DNA of 63,431 nt, the filler included, from Welwitschia mirabilis (lineage: Eukaryota): assembly GCA_051453625.1 (NCBI GenBank). It is 9 parts of one record of this genome, joined end to end, with 100 filler letters (N's around TTAATTAATTAA, not from the genome) between each part and the next. Parts side by side here need not be neighbours in the genome. Positions count along the whole stretch, not along the records: positions 29,477 to 42,205 come from JBOZIK010000001.1; positions 42,306 to 45,866 come from JBOZIK010000001.1; positions 45,967 to 49,093 come from JBOZIK010000001.1; positions 49,194 to 52,400 come from JBOZIK010000001.1; 5 more parts are not named here. One strand, given 5' to 3'. This document shows positions 37,620 through 52,100 of the stretch, one piece after another (position 1 is the stretch's first letter; every line of letters starts with the position of its first letter). The position numbers and the translations under genes are program-made. The notes beneath the pieces were generated by a model. It was not told the DNA's origin. It did not search any database and saw only the letters and a list, made by a program, of their open reading frames with translations.

Positions 37620-40600
37620 CTGAAGGCAAGGGGAAAGGGAGCTCTAAAGGGACCAAAGAAGCTACAGGCAAGCGAGAGGCGGCGGATGAGAGGCTAGTGT
37701 TAGAGGAGGAGGAGGGAACGTGGGGGAAAAGGTCTCCTCGTGCTGCAAAGGAAGTCGGGGTTTGTCGCCTCTCAAAGGCAAGATTAGTTTTCTTGAAGCG
37801 TTGTAAAACCCAGTTAGGGTTTGTTATCAGCTATGTTTGCGAACACCCTCCTTATGAAATTTTTTAAGGAAGATGGGTGTTTTAAGCTCAGAGCCTCCCG
37901 AGAGTTCTGTGCAAACATGGAAGAGAGATTTTGATGTAGCCTGATAAGGTGCTTTGTTTTGGTCGACCACATCCAACCATGGAGATGATAAGAAAATGAA
38001 TTGCAGTCAAATGGACAAGTTTCAAGACGATTCAGGTGGTTGTATTAGCAAAGGGATTGACTTTATTTAAGTTCGAATTGGAGCAAGATATGAATAGTGT
38101 GACACTCAAAGGCTCATGATTCTTTGCAGCGAGAGGATTGGCCTTAGCTAGATGGAAGCCCTAGAAGGATTTCGGGGAAAACAATTCAAAACCTTTGATC
38201 TGGGTGAAGCTTAGAGGCATCAGCCTAGCATTGTGGAACTAGGAATTTATAAGAGCCATAGTTGAACAGTTGGGGGAAATTATCAAGTTGGATATAGTCA
38301 CAATAAGCAGTACCAAAATGGTACTGATTCGTTTCTGTGCTTCGATTAACCTGGAACTAACAAAGAGACTGAGAAAACTTGAGTTGATTCATTGTTTTGG
38401 AGTAGATAAGATTAAGGTGGAATACGAGAATGTCCTAGACCCTTGCAGGCTTTGTGGGCCCTTTAGCCACTCCGAGCATTTATGCCCCAAGCTAAGAGAA
38501 GTGAAATGCGGGAAGTGTGGGAGGAAAGGGCATGATTCGTCCCTTTGATCCGTGCCCCTGTTGTCAGTTTGCAAGAAGTTTGGACATCTAGCGGAACAGT
38601 GTACACTCAGAAAGGATAGGGATGGTTTCCAAGCAGTCAAGAAAAAAGGCAAATTAGAGACAATGGTAAGACCTGAAGCAGGTCAGAAATAAAAAGGAAT
38701 AAGGGAGAACCCAAAGGAAAGGAGTGCAAGGCAATCCCACCGCCAAAGCGAAAGTAGCTGCCGAAAGGTTCTGCTCAAGGTGCAGTTTAGAAGAGATTCT
38801 TTCCCTTGAGCAATTCAGATTCAGATGAAGAAGAAAAGGAGGGCGAAGAAAAGGAACCAAGTGAGTCAGAGGACGACAACATGGTTGGCGAGCTAGAACC
38901 AAGTAAATCAAAAAGGGTGGAAAGACCTTTGGTGGTAGACAAAGCTAGAAAGGAAGTAGTAGAAAGTATAGCGAGGGGCTCACAGAGGAGCTTAATGGAC
39001 TTAACGGAGGAAAAACCCCAAAAAGAAACAAACAAAATGGATATTCTAAGCTGGAATAGCAAAGGCATAAGCTTGAAAGCAAAAATTAAAACATTAGAAG
39101 AATTACTCGATAAGAAGAACATAAAGATCGCTTCTCTTCAAGAAAGTAAAGTCGAAAAAGGCTTTTCCTAGATAAAATTCAGAAGGAAATGGCAGTTGGA
39201 ATGGATGCCCATCTACAAGAAGGCAAGTAGGCTAGCAATATTGATCAAGAAAGGAATTGATTACAGCTGAGCGGGAACAAATAGATAGTTCCAAATCTTG
39301 TAATTCAATACATGGTGGTTGATTAACCTTTATGCCCTTCAAACTCTAGCGAAAAAACAAAACTTTGACGAACTCTGGAGGATAAACTCCAACAACAAAG
39401 ATGCATTATAATCGAGGATTTTAATCAAACCAAACAACAGGGAGAGAAGATGGGTTGAGCAAACTGGAATGGCTCAACGTCCAAGATTTGGAGGAGATGA
39501 TGCTCAAACTAAATGTGACCGATTTGCCAATTAAGAGGGTGTAGTTCACTTGGTCAAACCACAGGAGGGAAACAAAGAGGATCATGTCCAAGATAGATAG
39601 TCTTGATTCCCCGGGAGACAGAAAAGGAGCAGTGGATCTTAGAGGGGGAAGGACAGGAGGGGAACAAAGAGGATCATGTCCAAGATAGATAGTCTTGATT
39701 CCCCAGGAGACAGAAAAGGAGCAGTGGATCTTAGAGGGGGAAGGATGCTCCAACCACAACCCAATTTAGCTCACTACAGACAGGGTTCTAATAAGGAAGT
39801 CACACTTTGCTTTTGAGAATGTGTGGCTGCAGGAGGAAGAGATTGCTAACTACATAGATAAGTCTTGGAGAGTGGACGAGAGACACCCCATAGAAGCCTA
39901 ATAGGAAAACCTAGCGTATTTGAAAGGTTGACCCAACGAGTGAAGTAAAGGATGGGGTCCTAGAGTCAGAGTGAAAGAAAAATTAAAAGAAGAGTTAAGG
40001 GAAATCCAGTGCAGACAAGAGCATGGGGGAGGCATACACGAAGAAGAATGGAAAAGGCTATGCGAGCTAAACAACATAAGGAAGCAAGAAGAACTTTACT
40101 AGAAACAACGGTCACATATAAATTGGCTGAAAAATTGGAATAGGTATACAAAATACGTTTTCAGAGTGGTAAATAACAGGAGACAGCTGAACAACATAGA
40201 AAAAGACACTTGGAGAGGGCAAACATTTGAAAAGGAGAATGCTCAAGAAGCGTTTCCAGACCACTTGCAAAAGTTGTTGGGGGAACAGAGCTTAAAAGAT
40301 TGCTCTACTTTCTGGCATAGCTGCAGGAGGGGGAAGAACCCTCTGGAAGAGCTAGGAAAGGAGGAAGTTTAGAGAGTATTGTGCAAAATGAATTCTAATA
40401 AGAGTCCAGGACCAGATGGGTGGACGATAGAATTCTTCAAGAAGTATTGGAATGTAATAGGCAAATAAGTGGAGTTGGCTTTCAACAAGGTCCTTAGGCT
40501 AGGAACAGTCCCCTAGCCTTGGAACAACACTCGTGTAATCATAATTCCAAAGTCCCAAGAGGCGACAGGTGTTAATGACTTTAGACTCATAGGGGTCTGC

Positions 40601-42100
40601 AATATCATCTACAGACTCTTTTCCAAAGTCTTGGTAGCAAGGATCAGATCGAAGCTGGAAAGGTAGCATGAAGGAACCAAGCAGGATTTTTGCAAAATCG
40701 GTCAGTACTAGATCAAGTCATCTATAATCATGAGCTTTTCCACTCTATTCGAAAATACAAAATATGGGTCTGTGTGTTCAAATTGGACATTCAAAAGGCA
40801 TATGGCAATTCGTTGTGGACATTCTTGGAACACATCCTCATAACCAAAGGCTTTCCTTGGAAATTTGTGAAGCTAGTGATGTAGATACAAGTCTCAACAA
40901 GATTCAACCTAAAAATCAACCAATCTATTCATGGTTTCTTCAGCACAAGTAAGGGATTAAGACAGGGTGACCCTTTGTTCCCTTATTTATTTATTATTGT
41001 TTTGGATGTTATGCATGACTATTTTACTCAGATGGGGGGAAGAGGGATTAAGATCCATAATACAGAGATAATGTGTAATCACTTTCATGATAACTCAATT
41101 GTCTTCACAGAGGCAAATATGGAACAAATAAGAGCAATTAGAAAAGAGATGGAAATGTTTGGAAAAGAATTGGGGCTAAATATAAGATGGCATAAAAGTA
41201 GAGCATATTTTGTCAATACTTGGTCGAGCATGCAAAAAGCAATAGAGAGGACACTAGGTATCCAAATAGGTAAAGAAAAAAAATCTCTATTTGGGGATAT
41301 CAATGTTTAATTGGAATAAACTTGAGTCCTGGAAGGGCTTTTGTTAAAGATAGGGAGAAAGTGTAGTGGTTGAGTACCATCTTCCTATCAAGCAAGGGAA
41401 GAGTCATTATGGCGAATTCTATTATTTCGACAATAGCAAGATACAACATTTCGAAAGGGGTGCTGCCAAAGAAAATCAAGGATATACTAAATAGATTAAT
41501 TAGAAACTTTATTTGAAGCAAGAGTAAAGGAACCTCGTGAGTTCACATGGTAATATGAGAGGAGATAGCGAAGCCAGTGGAATCCGGAGGATGGGGTATT
41601 CAAGATACAAGGGATAGCATTTTCGTAGCTCAGGTGAAAATAATCTCCAAAATTGAAGGATGGAAAAATCAGCCTTGGACAAGAATTTTGAAAAGGAAGT
41701 ACAGGAACCAAGAAGCAAAGCAAGGTGATTCCCTCTATTGAAAAGCATTGTGTAAAGGACAAGCTACACTAGAAACTCTCACGAGCTAAAAGATTGGGAG
41801 GAGGAATATACCCTTTTTTGGTCATCTAGAATAATGGAAGGCAAGAAACTAGAAGAGATAGAGTGATTAGGCCAGCAAAAATATGGTTAAAACATTCAAT
41901 TGAGTGGAGAGTAAAGGATTACTAGAGTAGGGGGAATCTACCTCACTCGGAAAGCGAAAATATCAACAAGGCTATTTAGGTCCTAAAGAAATGAAGTGTG
42001 CGCATGCAAATCGTCCTAACTAAAGAGGGAGACCATAGGACTTTAGATGGAAAACCAATTAGCTCCAGGATCTATTAATTAAAAAGCATGGTATTAATGA
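37620..42100 (+). mobile_element. Near-full-length degenerate L1 LINE: ORF1 (DUF4283 plus CCHC knuckles) and ORF2 (APE endonuclease from ATG 39037, then RT)
   Basis: ORF1: LAKGLTLFKFE...LARWKP and CRLCGPFSHSEHLC. ORF2: MDILSWNSKG, LQESK, NKSPGPDGWTIEFFKKYW, KLDIQKAY and GLRQGDPLFPYLF. Confidence 0.93.
39561..39744 (+). repeat. 92-bp tandem duplication inside the L1 endonuclease region
   Basis: acaggagg(g)aacaaagaggatcatgtccaagatagatag...agagggggaagga occurs twice. Confidence 0.92.
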
Positions 42101-42970
42101 ATTGCTTCACAAGATTTGGAAGAAACCTATTGAAGAAATATTGGGAGAAACCCCTTTTTATTCGATATATCAAAGTATTTACAATACCCACTTATTTATA
42201 GGACANNNNNNNNNNNNNNNNNNNNNNNNNNNNNNNNNNNNNNNNNNNNTTAATTAATTAANNNNNNNNNNNNNNNNNNNNNNNNNNNNNNNNNNNNNNN
42301 NNNNNTATTTTACTTTTAAAAATAACTTTAAAAAAAAAAAAAAAAAGAAAAGAGACATTTCAATAGCTTTTTTTTAAATAGTTACACCTTTGAAAAATAA
42401 TTTAAAAAAAAACAAAACTAAGGGAAATATCTTTTTCCCCTTATATTTACATAAAAATTCCTTTCTTTTCCCTTTTAATGTTGGAAAAAAAAAGCTTTTT
42501 TTTTTAATTTTTAAAATCATATTGAAAATTTAAAATTTTTCTAGTTTAGGCATTAATTTAAATTTCCCTTAAAAAAAAGACAAAAAATAAAAAAAATCCT
42601 TATATTCAAAAAAAAAAAGAAGAATGTTTTGTTGCATTTTAATTTTTATTAAGTCTTAANNNNNNNNNNNNNNNNNNNNNNNNNNNNNNNNNNNNNNNNN
42701 NNNNNNNNNNNNNNNNNNNNNNNNNNNNNNNNNNNNNNNNNNNNNNNNNNNNNNNNNNNNNNNNNNNNNNNNNNNNNNNNNNNNNNNNNNNNNNNNNNNN
42801 NNNNNNNNNNNNNNNNNNNNNNNNNNNNNNNNNNNNNNNNNNNNNNNNNNNNNNNNNNNNNNNNNNNNNNNNNNNNNNNNNNNNNNNNNNNNNNNNNNNN
42901 NNNNNNNNNNNNNNNNNNNNNNNNNNNNNNNNNNNNNNNNNNNNNNNNNNNNNNNNNNNNNNNNNNNNNN

Positions 42971-45867
42971 AAGTCATTAGGTTAGCTTAAACTCATTTTA
43001 AATCGCCATTAAACCACCAAAATCACCTATCATCAAATAACATTAGAACTAATCCACCGTTTACGGAAAATAAAAAAATCTTGTAAACAGTGTGCAATTA
43101 GAATATTAGCTTTTCAGATGTTACAAGTTTAATCTAATCTTTAGAATATTGGAATTAGGAGCACAAATATGCATCAAAAGATTTTCATGCCATTATCGGG
43201 GAAGACTTCAAGAGAAAAGGAACATTGTCATTACTTAAGTAAGTATTTTGAATTCATTTCAATTTGTTTGTTTGAGTAGTGTTAACCTTTTGAATCTACT
43301 TGTAATTGCTTGATTACCCTTTTGGTCTATAAGTAAATATTTGATTATCCATTTGGAGTGTACTTTTATTTCCTTTCTTGAAAATTGTAATTTTTATTTT
43401 TTGTAATTTTTCTTTCTTTACTTTTAATTTTAATTTTAAGAATTCATATTTTAATTCAGTAATCTATTAGATCCACTCNNNNNNNNNNNNNNNNNNNNNN
43501 NNNNNNNNNNNNNNNNNNNNNNNNNNNNNNNNNNNNNNNNNNNNNNNNNNNNNNNNNNNNNNNNNNNNNNNNNNNNNNNNNNNNNNNNNNNNNNNNNNNN
43601 NNNNNNNNNNNNNNNNNNNNNNNNNNNNNNNNNNNNNNNNNNNNNNNNNNNNNNNNNNNNNNNNNNNNNNNNNNNNNNNNNNNNNNNNNNNNNNNNNNNN
43701 NNNNNNNNNNNNNNNNNNNNNNNNNNNNNNNNNNNNNNNNNNNNNNNNNNNNNNNNNTATTATATGTAACTAGATATTTATCTTTTTAGATGTTACAAGT
43801 TAAATTTGATCTTTAGAATATTGGAATTAGAAGCACAAATGCGCATCACAACATTTTAGTGCCATTGTCAGAGAAGACTTCAAGAGAAAAGGAAGATTGT
43901 CATTACTTAAAAACATATTTTGAATTTATTTCAATTTGTTTATTGGAGTAGTATTGTATTTTATCCTCTTGAATCTACTTGTAATAGCTTGATTACCTTT
44001 TGATCTACAAGTAATTATTTGATTATCCATTGAAGTATACTTTAATTTCCTTTCTTACAAATTATAATTTTTATTTCTTGTAATTTGTTTTTCTTTACTT
44101 TCAAGTGCAATTTTAAGAATCCATATTTTAATTTAGCAATATGTTTGGTCTACCCCTTGTACTTTGTGTAATCTTAGGGATTACCACATTGATTTTTGTT
44201 TTCAATAAACTTAGCCTACACTTTATGCTTCATGCAATATAAGTGATTGCCACATTCAATTAGTAGATCCTACTCCTTACAACTTTGAGTGATCCTAGTG
44301 ATTGATACCATTTGAATGTAAAGAAGTCTATTTAATATAAATTGATCTCATAGGAAATGGTAAATAGTAGTAAAGGCAAATAGACTCATGAAAAACATTT
44401 TCTTAATGAAGCAATTAAAGAAGGTCCAGTGGACTTTAATTCAAGAACTCAAGGTGAGAAATAAAAATTTAATTCTTTAATTGAGTAAGATGATTATTCT
44501 GCATTTATTATTTCTTGTTCACATACTAAGTCTTTGAAAATTTCTAAAAATCAACCAAGTTCTACAAAAAATCCTACCTCTTCTCTTTTTTGTAATCATC
44601 CTAATACTTTTACCTTTATGACATCTAACAAATCTTCACTTAAAATATTATGATCCTCTAATATCACTTTAAAAGATATGTTAGCCAATAAAAAGAGGGA
44701 ACTTCAAAACTCATTTGACCTACCCCCTAGAGATGATGTAGAATTAAAGAACCTAAATGCCTATCCTATCTTTTTGGGAGAATCTAATGAAGACCCATTC
44801 CAATACATAGATGATATTGAAAAACTGATCCTTACTTCAAGACATGCAAAAAATAAAATCTCAGATAAGATCTACATGATACTATTTCCATTTACCTTAA
44901 AAGAAAAAGTAAAAAATTGGCTCAAAACCATTCCACATAGAAGTCTAGGTCATGGAATTAAATAGTTATGAGGACAAGAAGAAAAGAAGTAATAAATTTT
45001 CAACAATACCCTTATGAAAATTATTCCTCAACATATGAAAGATTCTTGATCGCTGTATCATTCAATCTAGTGAATGATTTTGAAAAATAAGAACTTATTA
45101 ATCACTTCTATGGTGGATGGAATAGTCAAACCAGATAAATGGTAGATTTTTCATGTGGTGGAGATTTACTCAATTTAACCTTAGACGATGCTCGAAACTT
45201 ATTAGAAGACCTTGTAAAAAGAAGTCAAAATTAGCCAAAAGCTACATGTAAAGATACTAGAACTGTAGGTGAAATGCTTAGAGACTCGAAAAAAGGTAAC
45301 ATGAAGAAGAATAACCAGAGGTTAACACCCTACTTAGTGATCTTAATAGCACATTAGAGAGTTATACAAAAGCTTCAACTGATACAAAATTGCTAAATCA
45401 ATTCAACTGTTGTGAAATATGTGATGAAAACTATCATTCTATCAAGTAATGCTCAGCTTTACCAACTTGTAGAGAGGCCATATTTAATGAAGTTTATGCA
45501 TTTAATTAAAGGCCAAACAACTTTGGAGGAAGCCAATAATATCCACTAAGAAATAATGAATCTTTAACATCTTTCGAATCTTCATTTGACAATAAATACA
45601 TAGGTCATAACTTTTAACCCAATTTTTCTAACTATAATAAAAATGATCCTTATAGAGAAATGATGGAGGAACTTAAAAAGACATAAGATACCATCAATGA
45701 AATCTTAGAAAATCAAAATAAAAACTTAGAAAATTTGATTAGCCTCTTTCGATAAAACATGTTAGGAATCAAAGACCTCAAGGATCACTTGCTACTCAAA
45801 CTATTCTAAACTAAAATGATGTAAAGAAAGATTGGAAAGTAGTAACTAGAAGTGGACATAACATTAN
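42971..45867 (+). mobile_element. Athila-like gypsy: two copies of LTR end + PBS + leader, then a degenerate gag
   Basis: PBS-like tgccatt(a/g)tc.g.gaagac near 43188 and 43860. gag reads EDPFQYIDDIEKL...LFPFTLKEKVKNWLKT and CEICDENYH. Confidence 0.75.
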
Positions 45868-47411
45868 NNNNNNNNNNNNNNNNNNNNNNNNNNNNNNNNN
45901 NNNNNNNNNNTTAATTAATTAANNNNNNNNNNNNNNNNNNNNNNNNNNNNNNNNNNNNNNNNNNNNAATTCTTTACTTTGGGTTTTCATGTAATAAAGAT
46001 TAAATTCAGCCAATCTTAAGATATTATAATATCTACAATCAATCTCTTTTATTATTTTATGACAAAATATCAGTTATGTTAAACCAATGCTTGCTTTTAG
46101 TCATATACTTTGTTACCTTATCATTCCGATGATTAATCAATGTTATAAAAAATGGGGAGTCTAAGACAATAGAAAAGAATTTAAAAAAATGAAAAGCAAG
46201 AGGGAAATATGAAGGGGAAAAAGAAAGGAAAAGAAAGAAAAAGAAAAAAAAATGAATCACTCTCTTGAAATTATATCATAATGTACTACCGCAAGCATAT
46301 CGAGGTAAATTTTCCTAATAGAAACCTTTGGTAGTATGATATGGTAGCTGTGGGAACTCCACCAGAGGATTAGTCAATCATGATATAGCTTTGGCTTGTG
46401 GATCCTTATTCTCTTAGCAGTGGTTGCACTCCCCTCATCATGATGAATGGTGTTCTTCAACACCCCATTGACTAAAACTCCCATCACTCTAAGGCANNNN
46501 NNNNNNNNNNNNNNNNNNNNNNNNNNNNNNNNNNNNNNNNNNNNNNNNNNNNNNNNNNNNNNNNNNNNNNNNNNNNNNNNNNNNNNNNNNNNNNNNNNNN
46601 NNNNNNNNNNNNNNNNNNNNNNNNNNNNNNNNNNNNNNNNNNNNNNNNNNNNNNNNNNNNNNNNNNNNNNNNNNNNNNNNNNNNNNNNNNNNNNNNNNNN
46701 NNNNNNNNNNNNNNNNNNNNNNNNNNNNNNNNNNNNNNNNNNNNNNNNNNNNNNNNNNNNNNNNNNNNNNNNNNNNNNNNNNNNNNNNNNNNNNNNNNNN
46801 NNNNNNNNNNNNNNNNNNNNNNNNNNNNNNNNNNNNNNNNNNNNNNNNNNNNNNNNNNNNNNNNNNNNNNNNNNNNNNNNNNNNNNNNNNNNNNNNNNNN
46901 NNNNNNNNNNNNNNNNNNNNNNNNNNNNNNNNNNNNNNNNNNNNNNNNNNNNNNNNNNNNNNNNNNNNNNNNNNNNNNNNNNNNNNNNNNNNNNNNNNNN
47001 NNNNNNNNNNNNNNNNNNNNNNNNNNNNNNNNNNNNNNNNNNNNNNNNNNNNNNNNNNNNNNNNNNNNNNNNNNNNNNNNNNNNNNNNNNNNNNNNNNNN
47101 NNNNNNNNNNNNNNNNNNNNNNNNNNNNNNNNNNNNNNNNNNNNNNNNNNNNNNNNNNNNNNNNNNNNNNNNNNNNNNNNNNNNNNNNNNNNNNNNNNNN
47201 NNNNNNNNNNNNNNNNNNNNNNNNNNNNNNNNNNNNNNNNNNNNNNNNNNNNNNNNNNNNNNNNNNNNNNNNNNNNNNNNNNNNNNNNNNNNNNNNNNNN
47301 NNNNNNNNNNNNNNNNNNNNNNNNNNNNNNNNNNNNNNNNNNNNNNNNNNNNNNNNNNNNNNNNNNNNNNNNNNNNNNNNNNNNNNNNNNNNNNNNNNNN
47401 NNNNNNNNNNN

Positions 47412-48978
47412 NTTTAGGACTGTGTCATTTTCTAGTCTACTTGTTACAATTTTCATCACTTGATTATTATACATAAAATCAAATTTACCTTTTCCTTGAC
47501 CATTCTTTCACATAATAGTATTGATACTTCTTTTCTTTTAATAATCCCTCTTTCTATAACCTCTTTTGCCATTTAACCTTACAATCATGAAATCTTACCC
47601 TACTTTACCTTTCCTTGATGACTTGTGCAATTCAAGATTACTTGCTCATTTAGTTGGGGAGGGGTAAATACCTATATTACATGATTTGTAAATCAAAACT
47701 TTTTACCAATGACATGATGTTAAACTAAATGATTAATAATATAAATTAATTTTACTTATGCTTTTTCGTAGATGCATTTCACATGTTGTACTCTTAATTC
47801 TAAATGATATACATGTTTTGAATTTATTTCTGTCAGTTGGCTTGCAACTTATTATTTGCTTACTTTGCTAGGGACTGACAAATGTTAAGTGGAGGGATAT
47901 GTTGTGATGCTAACTTAACCTATTTAATACACTTGTAAAGAATATTTTCAAGTCTTATTGACAAGTTTTTTGAGGGATTTATGTAAATTATACAAAGCTT
48001 TCATACAAACCAAAAGATGTAATAATTTCCAACATAAGAAGTCATTTTTGGATAATGATGAACTAAAGCAATGTGATAAAGATATATTGGTCATCCTCCA
48101 TGTCATGGGGATGACAGAATGACAGTCACAAAAGTATGGTCATCCTCTGTATCATGGAGACAACGATTGGGATAACAGTTAGCATTTTTGACACATGCTA
48201 AGCTTTAGTTAGTAGATTAGTATAGTCCTCTATGTCATTGGGATGACATGAGGGATAGTAGTCAAAATGATTTATAAAGTTAATTAAATTATTATGAAAG
48301 GGTAGATCTAACTTGCACCTATTTGTTTCACACCCTTTAGCGACCTATTCCAACCTATAAATAAGCCCTTTTAGACCCTATTCAAATCATCTTTTATCAT
48401 CTACATTCTTGTGATGAATGGAGATTACTGGAGGCAAGGAGATCCATCCTACTTATGAGAAGGACCACCTTGGTGTTAGATAATGAATCTTCCATTGAGG
48501 ATTTGTTGTTATATGTGAATGTAATTCAATTTCATTAATAAAAGTATTGGTTGAATTGAAACTTTTTAAATGTTTTATTATTCTTCCTTATAGCTTATCT
48601 TAATTGCAATTTAAGTGAGATGGATTTGTACTTAAAATAGGTTATAAGGACCAATTTAAGTGATAGTAGATTGGAAGCTTAATTAATTCATTACATTAAA
48701 ATTACATTAATTACATTGCATTTCATTCCATCTTCATCTTTTCATTGTTTAATTTTATTTTCTTTGAAGCAAAATTACAAAAATATATCATTCTTTTCTT
48801 TATGAAATCAATGTTCCAAATTCTCTTTTAAAAATCTTCTATAAGTGTATAATATTTAGGTTGATCTCCCTATACAAATGTGTATTGTGTGTAATTAGAA
48901 TGTTAGATTTTTAGATGTTGCAAGTTAAATTTGATCTTTAGAATATTGGAATTAGAAGTATAAATACGTACTGCAACA
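47412..48978 (+). mobile_element. 3' region, PPT and 3' LTR (47900-48978) of the Athila-like family
   Basis: aagtggagggata is followed by TGTTGTGATGC...GCAACA. The LTR end matches 43785-43852. Confidence 0.8.
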
Positions 48979-49093
48979 AGAGCTCAATTAAACTATACCA
49001 CCACTAAAAAAGAAATGCTGCTATTATCTTTTACCTTGACAAACTAAGACATTACCTTTTTGATTTTCATACCCATGTCTGTACTGATCATGC
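48979..49093 (+). mobile_element. Gypsy RNase H fragment
   Basis: AQLNYTTTKKEML...F.LDKLRHYL...VCTDH. Confidence 0.75.
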
Positions 49094-49193
49094 NNNNNNN
49101 NNNNNNNNNNNNNNNNNNNNNNNNNNNNNNNNNNNNNTTAATTAATTAANNNNNNNNNNNNNNNNNNNNNNNNNNNNNNNNNNNNNNNNNNNN

Positions 49194-52100
49194 GAATACT
49201 CTTCAACATTATTCAGTAATAAAAACATAGGGAATTTTACTCATTCTTTGTTTCCTCATATGTTGTGAAAGACAGAAATATGTTACGGTCGCTTAGAATT
49301 AATTTAATCGTTGCGAAAAATTGTCATAATAGTTTTTGGCACTAGAAGGAGGGCCCCGATATCGACCGGCGGGAAAAAAGCTTGCATCTCCGAAGACGAG
49401 TATAAGGTACTCATTTAACAACATCCTTTGACCCTCAACCATAATGAACTTTGCACTATGAATGCCTATAGGAGTTACTGAGAAGGTTACTTGACCCATC
49501 TCACCCAAAGAATTCGATTGTTAGCAATTAGAAAACTAGTGATCCCAAACGATGAGAACAAGGTTCTCCCTGAGGATCCTTTTTCACAAAAAATGAAAAT
49601 TCAGAGCTTGTAAATAAATGGGGTCATGATGAAAAACCCAAAACATCACACAAACCTCAAGTACAAATCCCAAAGAAAGACTTCGACGATGATAGCCTTT
49701 TCGAATATGAAACAAACAAGGATGAGCCACCTAAAGTTCAACAACCTAAAAATGATAAACTAGTCATCCAATCAATCGAGTTCAACATGCTCTGGAAGGC
49801 CATCAATGATATCAAACGAGGACTCCAAACTAAGAAGAATTACTTTGACATGGACTTCAACGACACACCAATCCATCCCTCTGTCCATCGCAAAGTTATT
49901 TCGCCTAGTGAAATGCCTGATTTCGAAAAGTTTATAGGTGTTGAAGACCCTGTTATTCACATTAGAAATTTCAAACACTCATACCATATGTATAGCATAG
50001 AGCGAAACACTGGATGCCATCTATTCTGTCAATCTCTTCGACGACAAGCCCTTGAGTGGTATCATCGTCTACCGACACACTCTATTACCAGTCTAAAATA
50101 ACTATTTGAGTTATTCATATAACATTACTCAATCAACATCACAAAGAGAATGACGTTAGATGCATTGACAACGATGAAACAACAGTTCAATAAAACCATT
50201 CAAGATTACACTCGACGATGGAGGATTATTGCTTTGCAATTAGAAACCCCCATTGCTGATTCTAATATGGCATACCTGTTTGCAAAATCCTGCATCCCAT
50301 ATGTCTCAGAACACCTTAGGATGCAAGCTTTTAAAACGTTTGAACAAGCTGTCACGTTAGCAAAATGAATCGAAGTCGTATGTAGAGAAAAGGGCGCCAT
50401 AAAATATGGCAACACATCACAAAATGAATCGCCAAGAAGAGATAGTAACAACAACAATAAAACGAACACCACAAAAAATGTATCAGTAGTTGACCAGGCT
50501 TCACAACCTTCTCAAATAACATACCCATCTCAACCAATTAGTAGTCCGATAATGCAACAGTTACAACCACAACCTCATTTTCCCCCTCAAGCTTTTACAT
50601 TTCAACCCGTTCTAGGTCAACCTTGTTACTCACCACCTCAACAACTACCCAATTTTCAAGCACAACTGCCACCTCAATGACAACAACTCCAATCATCTCA
50701 ACAACAGTCCCAGAATTAACAACAACGCTTTGTGACTCAAAACCAAGACTAAAATCGTTCTGAAAACCAAAACATGATTCAAAGACCTAGGGGAAACTTC
50801 ATTAGGTTACAAATTCCATTGACAAGGATCCTTGAAATTTTACTATAAAAGGGGGCAATTCAATTACCTCCAATTAGGAAGAAAGATCCTAATGCACCAA
50901 AACCAAAGAGTTATGATGAATCCAAATACTGTGAATATCACAGAATCAAGGGACATCACACTAAAAACTGCTTTAACCTGAAACATATCGTCCAAGATAT
51001 CATAGAGAATAGAAAAAAGATCAAATTTGATACGATCCTTACAGCTGCAAATGAACAGCTCGAGATCTACAAAAATCCCTTTCCAACTCAAGCTTCTACA
51101 TCACAGACTCCATAAAATGTAGTAGTCCAAGATGACAACGCCCCTTATGTGATTTAGATAGTCAAGGAATAATCAACAAAACCTTTAGAACAAATCATTC
51201 AGGAGAACAAGCAAAAACTACAATGATTAGTCGAAATAGAAGACGCTCAAAATCGACTCACCTCTCAAACAAACATTCAATTGCAATCACATGCCTCTAA
51301 AGTAGAGGAAACGTATCATTACCTCTCTTTGTTAATTGAAAGTTCAGAACCTTATAAACAAGCCTTTGAAAGATTATGTGAGGAATGTTTAACATCAAAG
51401 ACACCTCTAAAACAACAACCTATGTCAAACCAAGTAGATGTTCAGAAGAACAATGAGGATCATGAGATAATCCAATTCCAACCTGAAGAGATCTCATCTA
51501 CCTCTCAAAGAACAATCATCACTGAACCACCCTACATCTCGGTAAACATTGGCTCTACTAACGTAGCTAGAGCCTTTGTTGATTGTGGGGCTGAACTGAA
51601 TGTTATTGCATCATCCTGCCTAGATAAACTTAAACTACAACATTTACTAGACTCAAAGAAGAGTGTAATGATTAGAGACTTCAATGATCGAGAAGATAAG
51701 TCTAAGGGAATAGTTATCTTATCAGTTGAGGTGGCTCAAAAAGTTAAGGACACTGAATTTCATGTAATTGATAACGTTGCCGCATTTAATTTGCTTTTAG
51801 GTCATCCTTGGATCATGGATACAGGGGCAATCATTTCACTATCCCATCAAAAGTTAAAATTCATAGGATTGAAGATCTCAGTGCCACTGGAAAGAAATCA
51901 TACAGTGGTAAATGTCAAGGCATGATCTCAAGATTCTTCTTCATATTCACCTCGAATTCTAGAAAAGAGAATCGTCCTGTTCTTGCACTTTGAACATGAT
52001 CTAGTAGACTCTCATAAACTAAAGGTCTCACAAATTCTAGATGCACAACTCTTGGATGTAGGATGGACTCCATTCCTTCTTGACGACTTCCCCATTGGTT

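Noticed and set aside
1496..47474. Long ORFs in the supplied track that are mostly X
   Set aside because: They are artefacts of translating through N runs.
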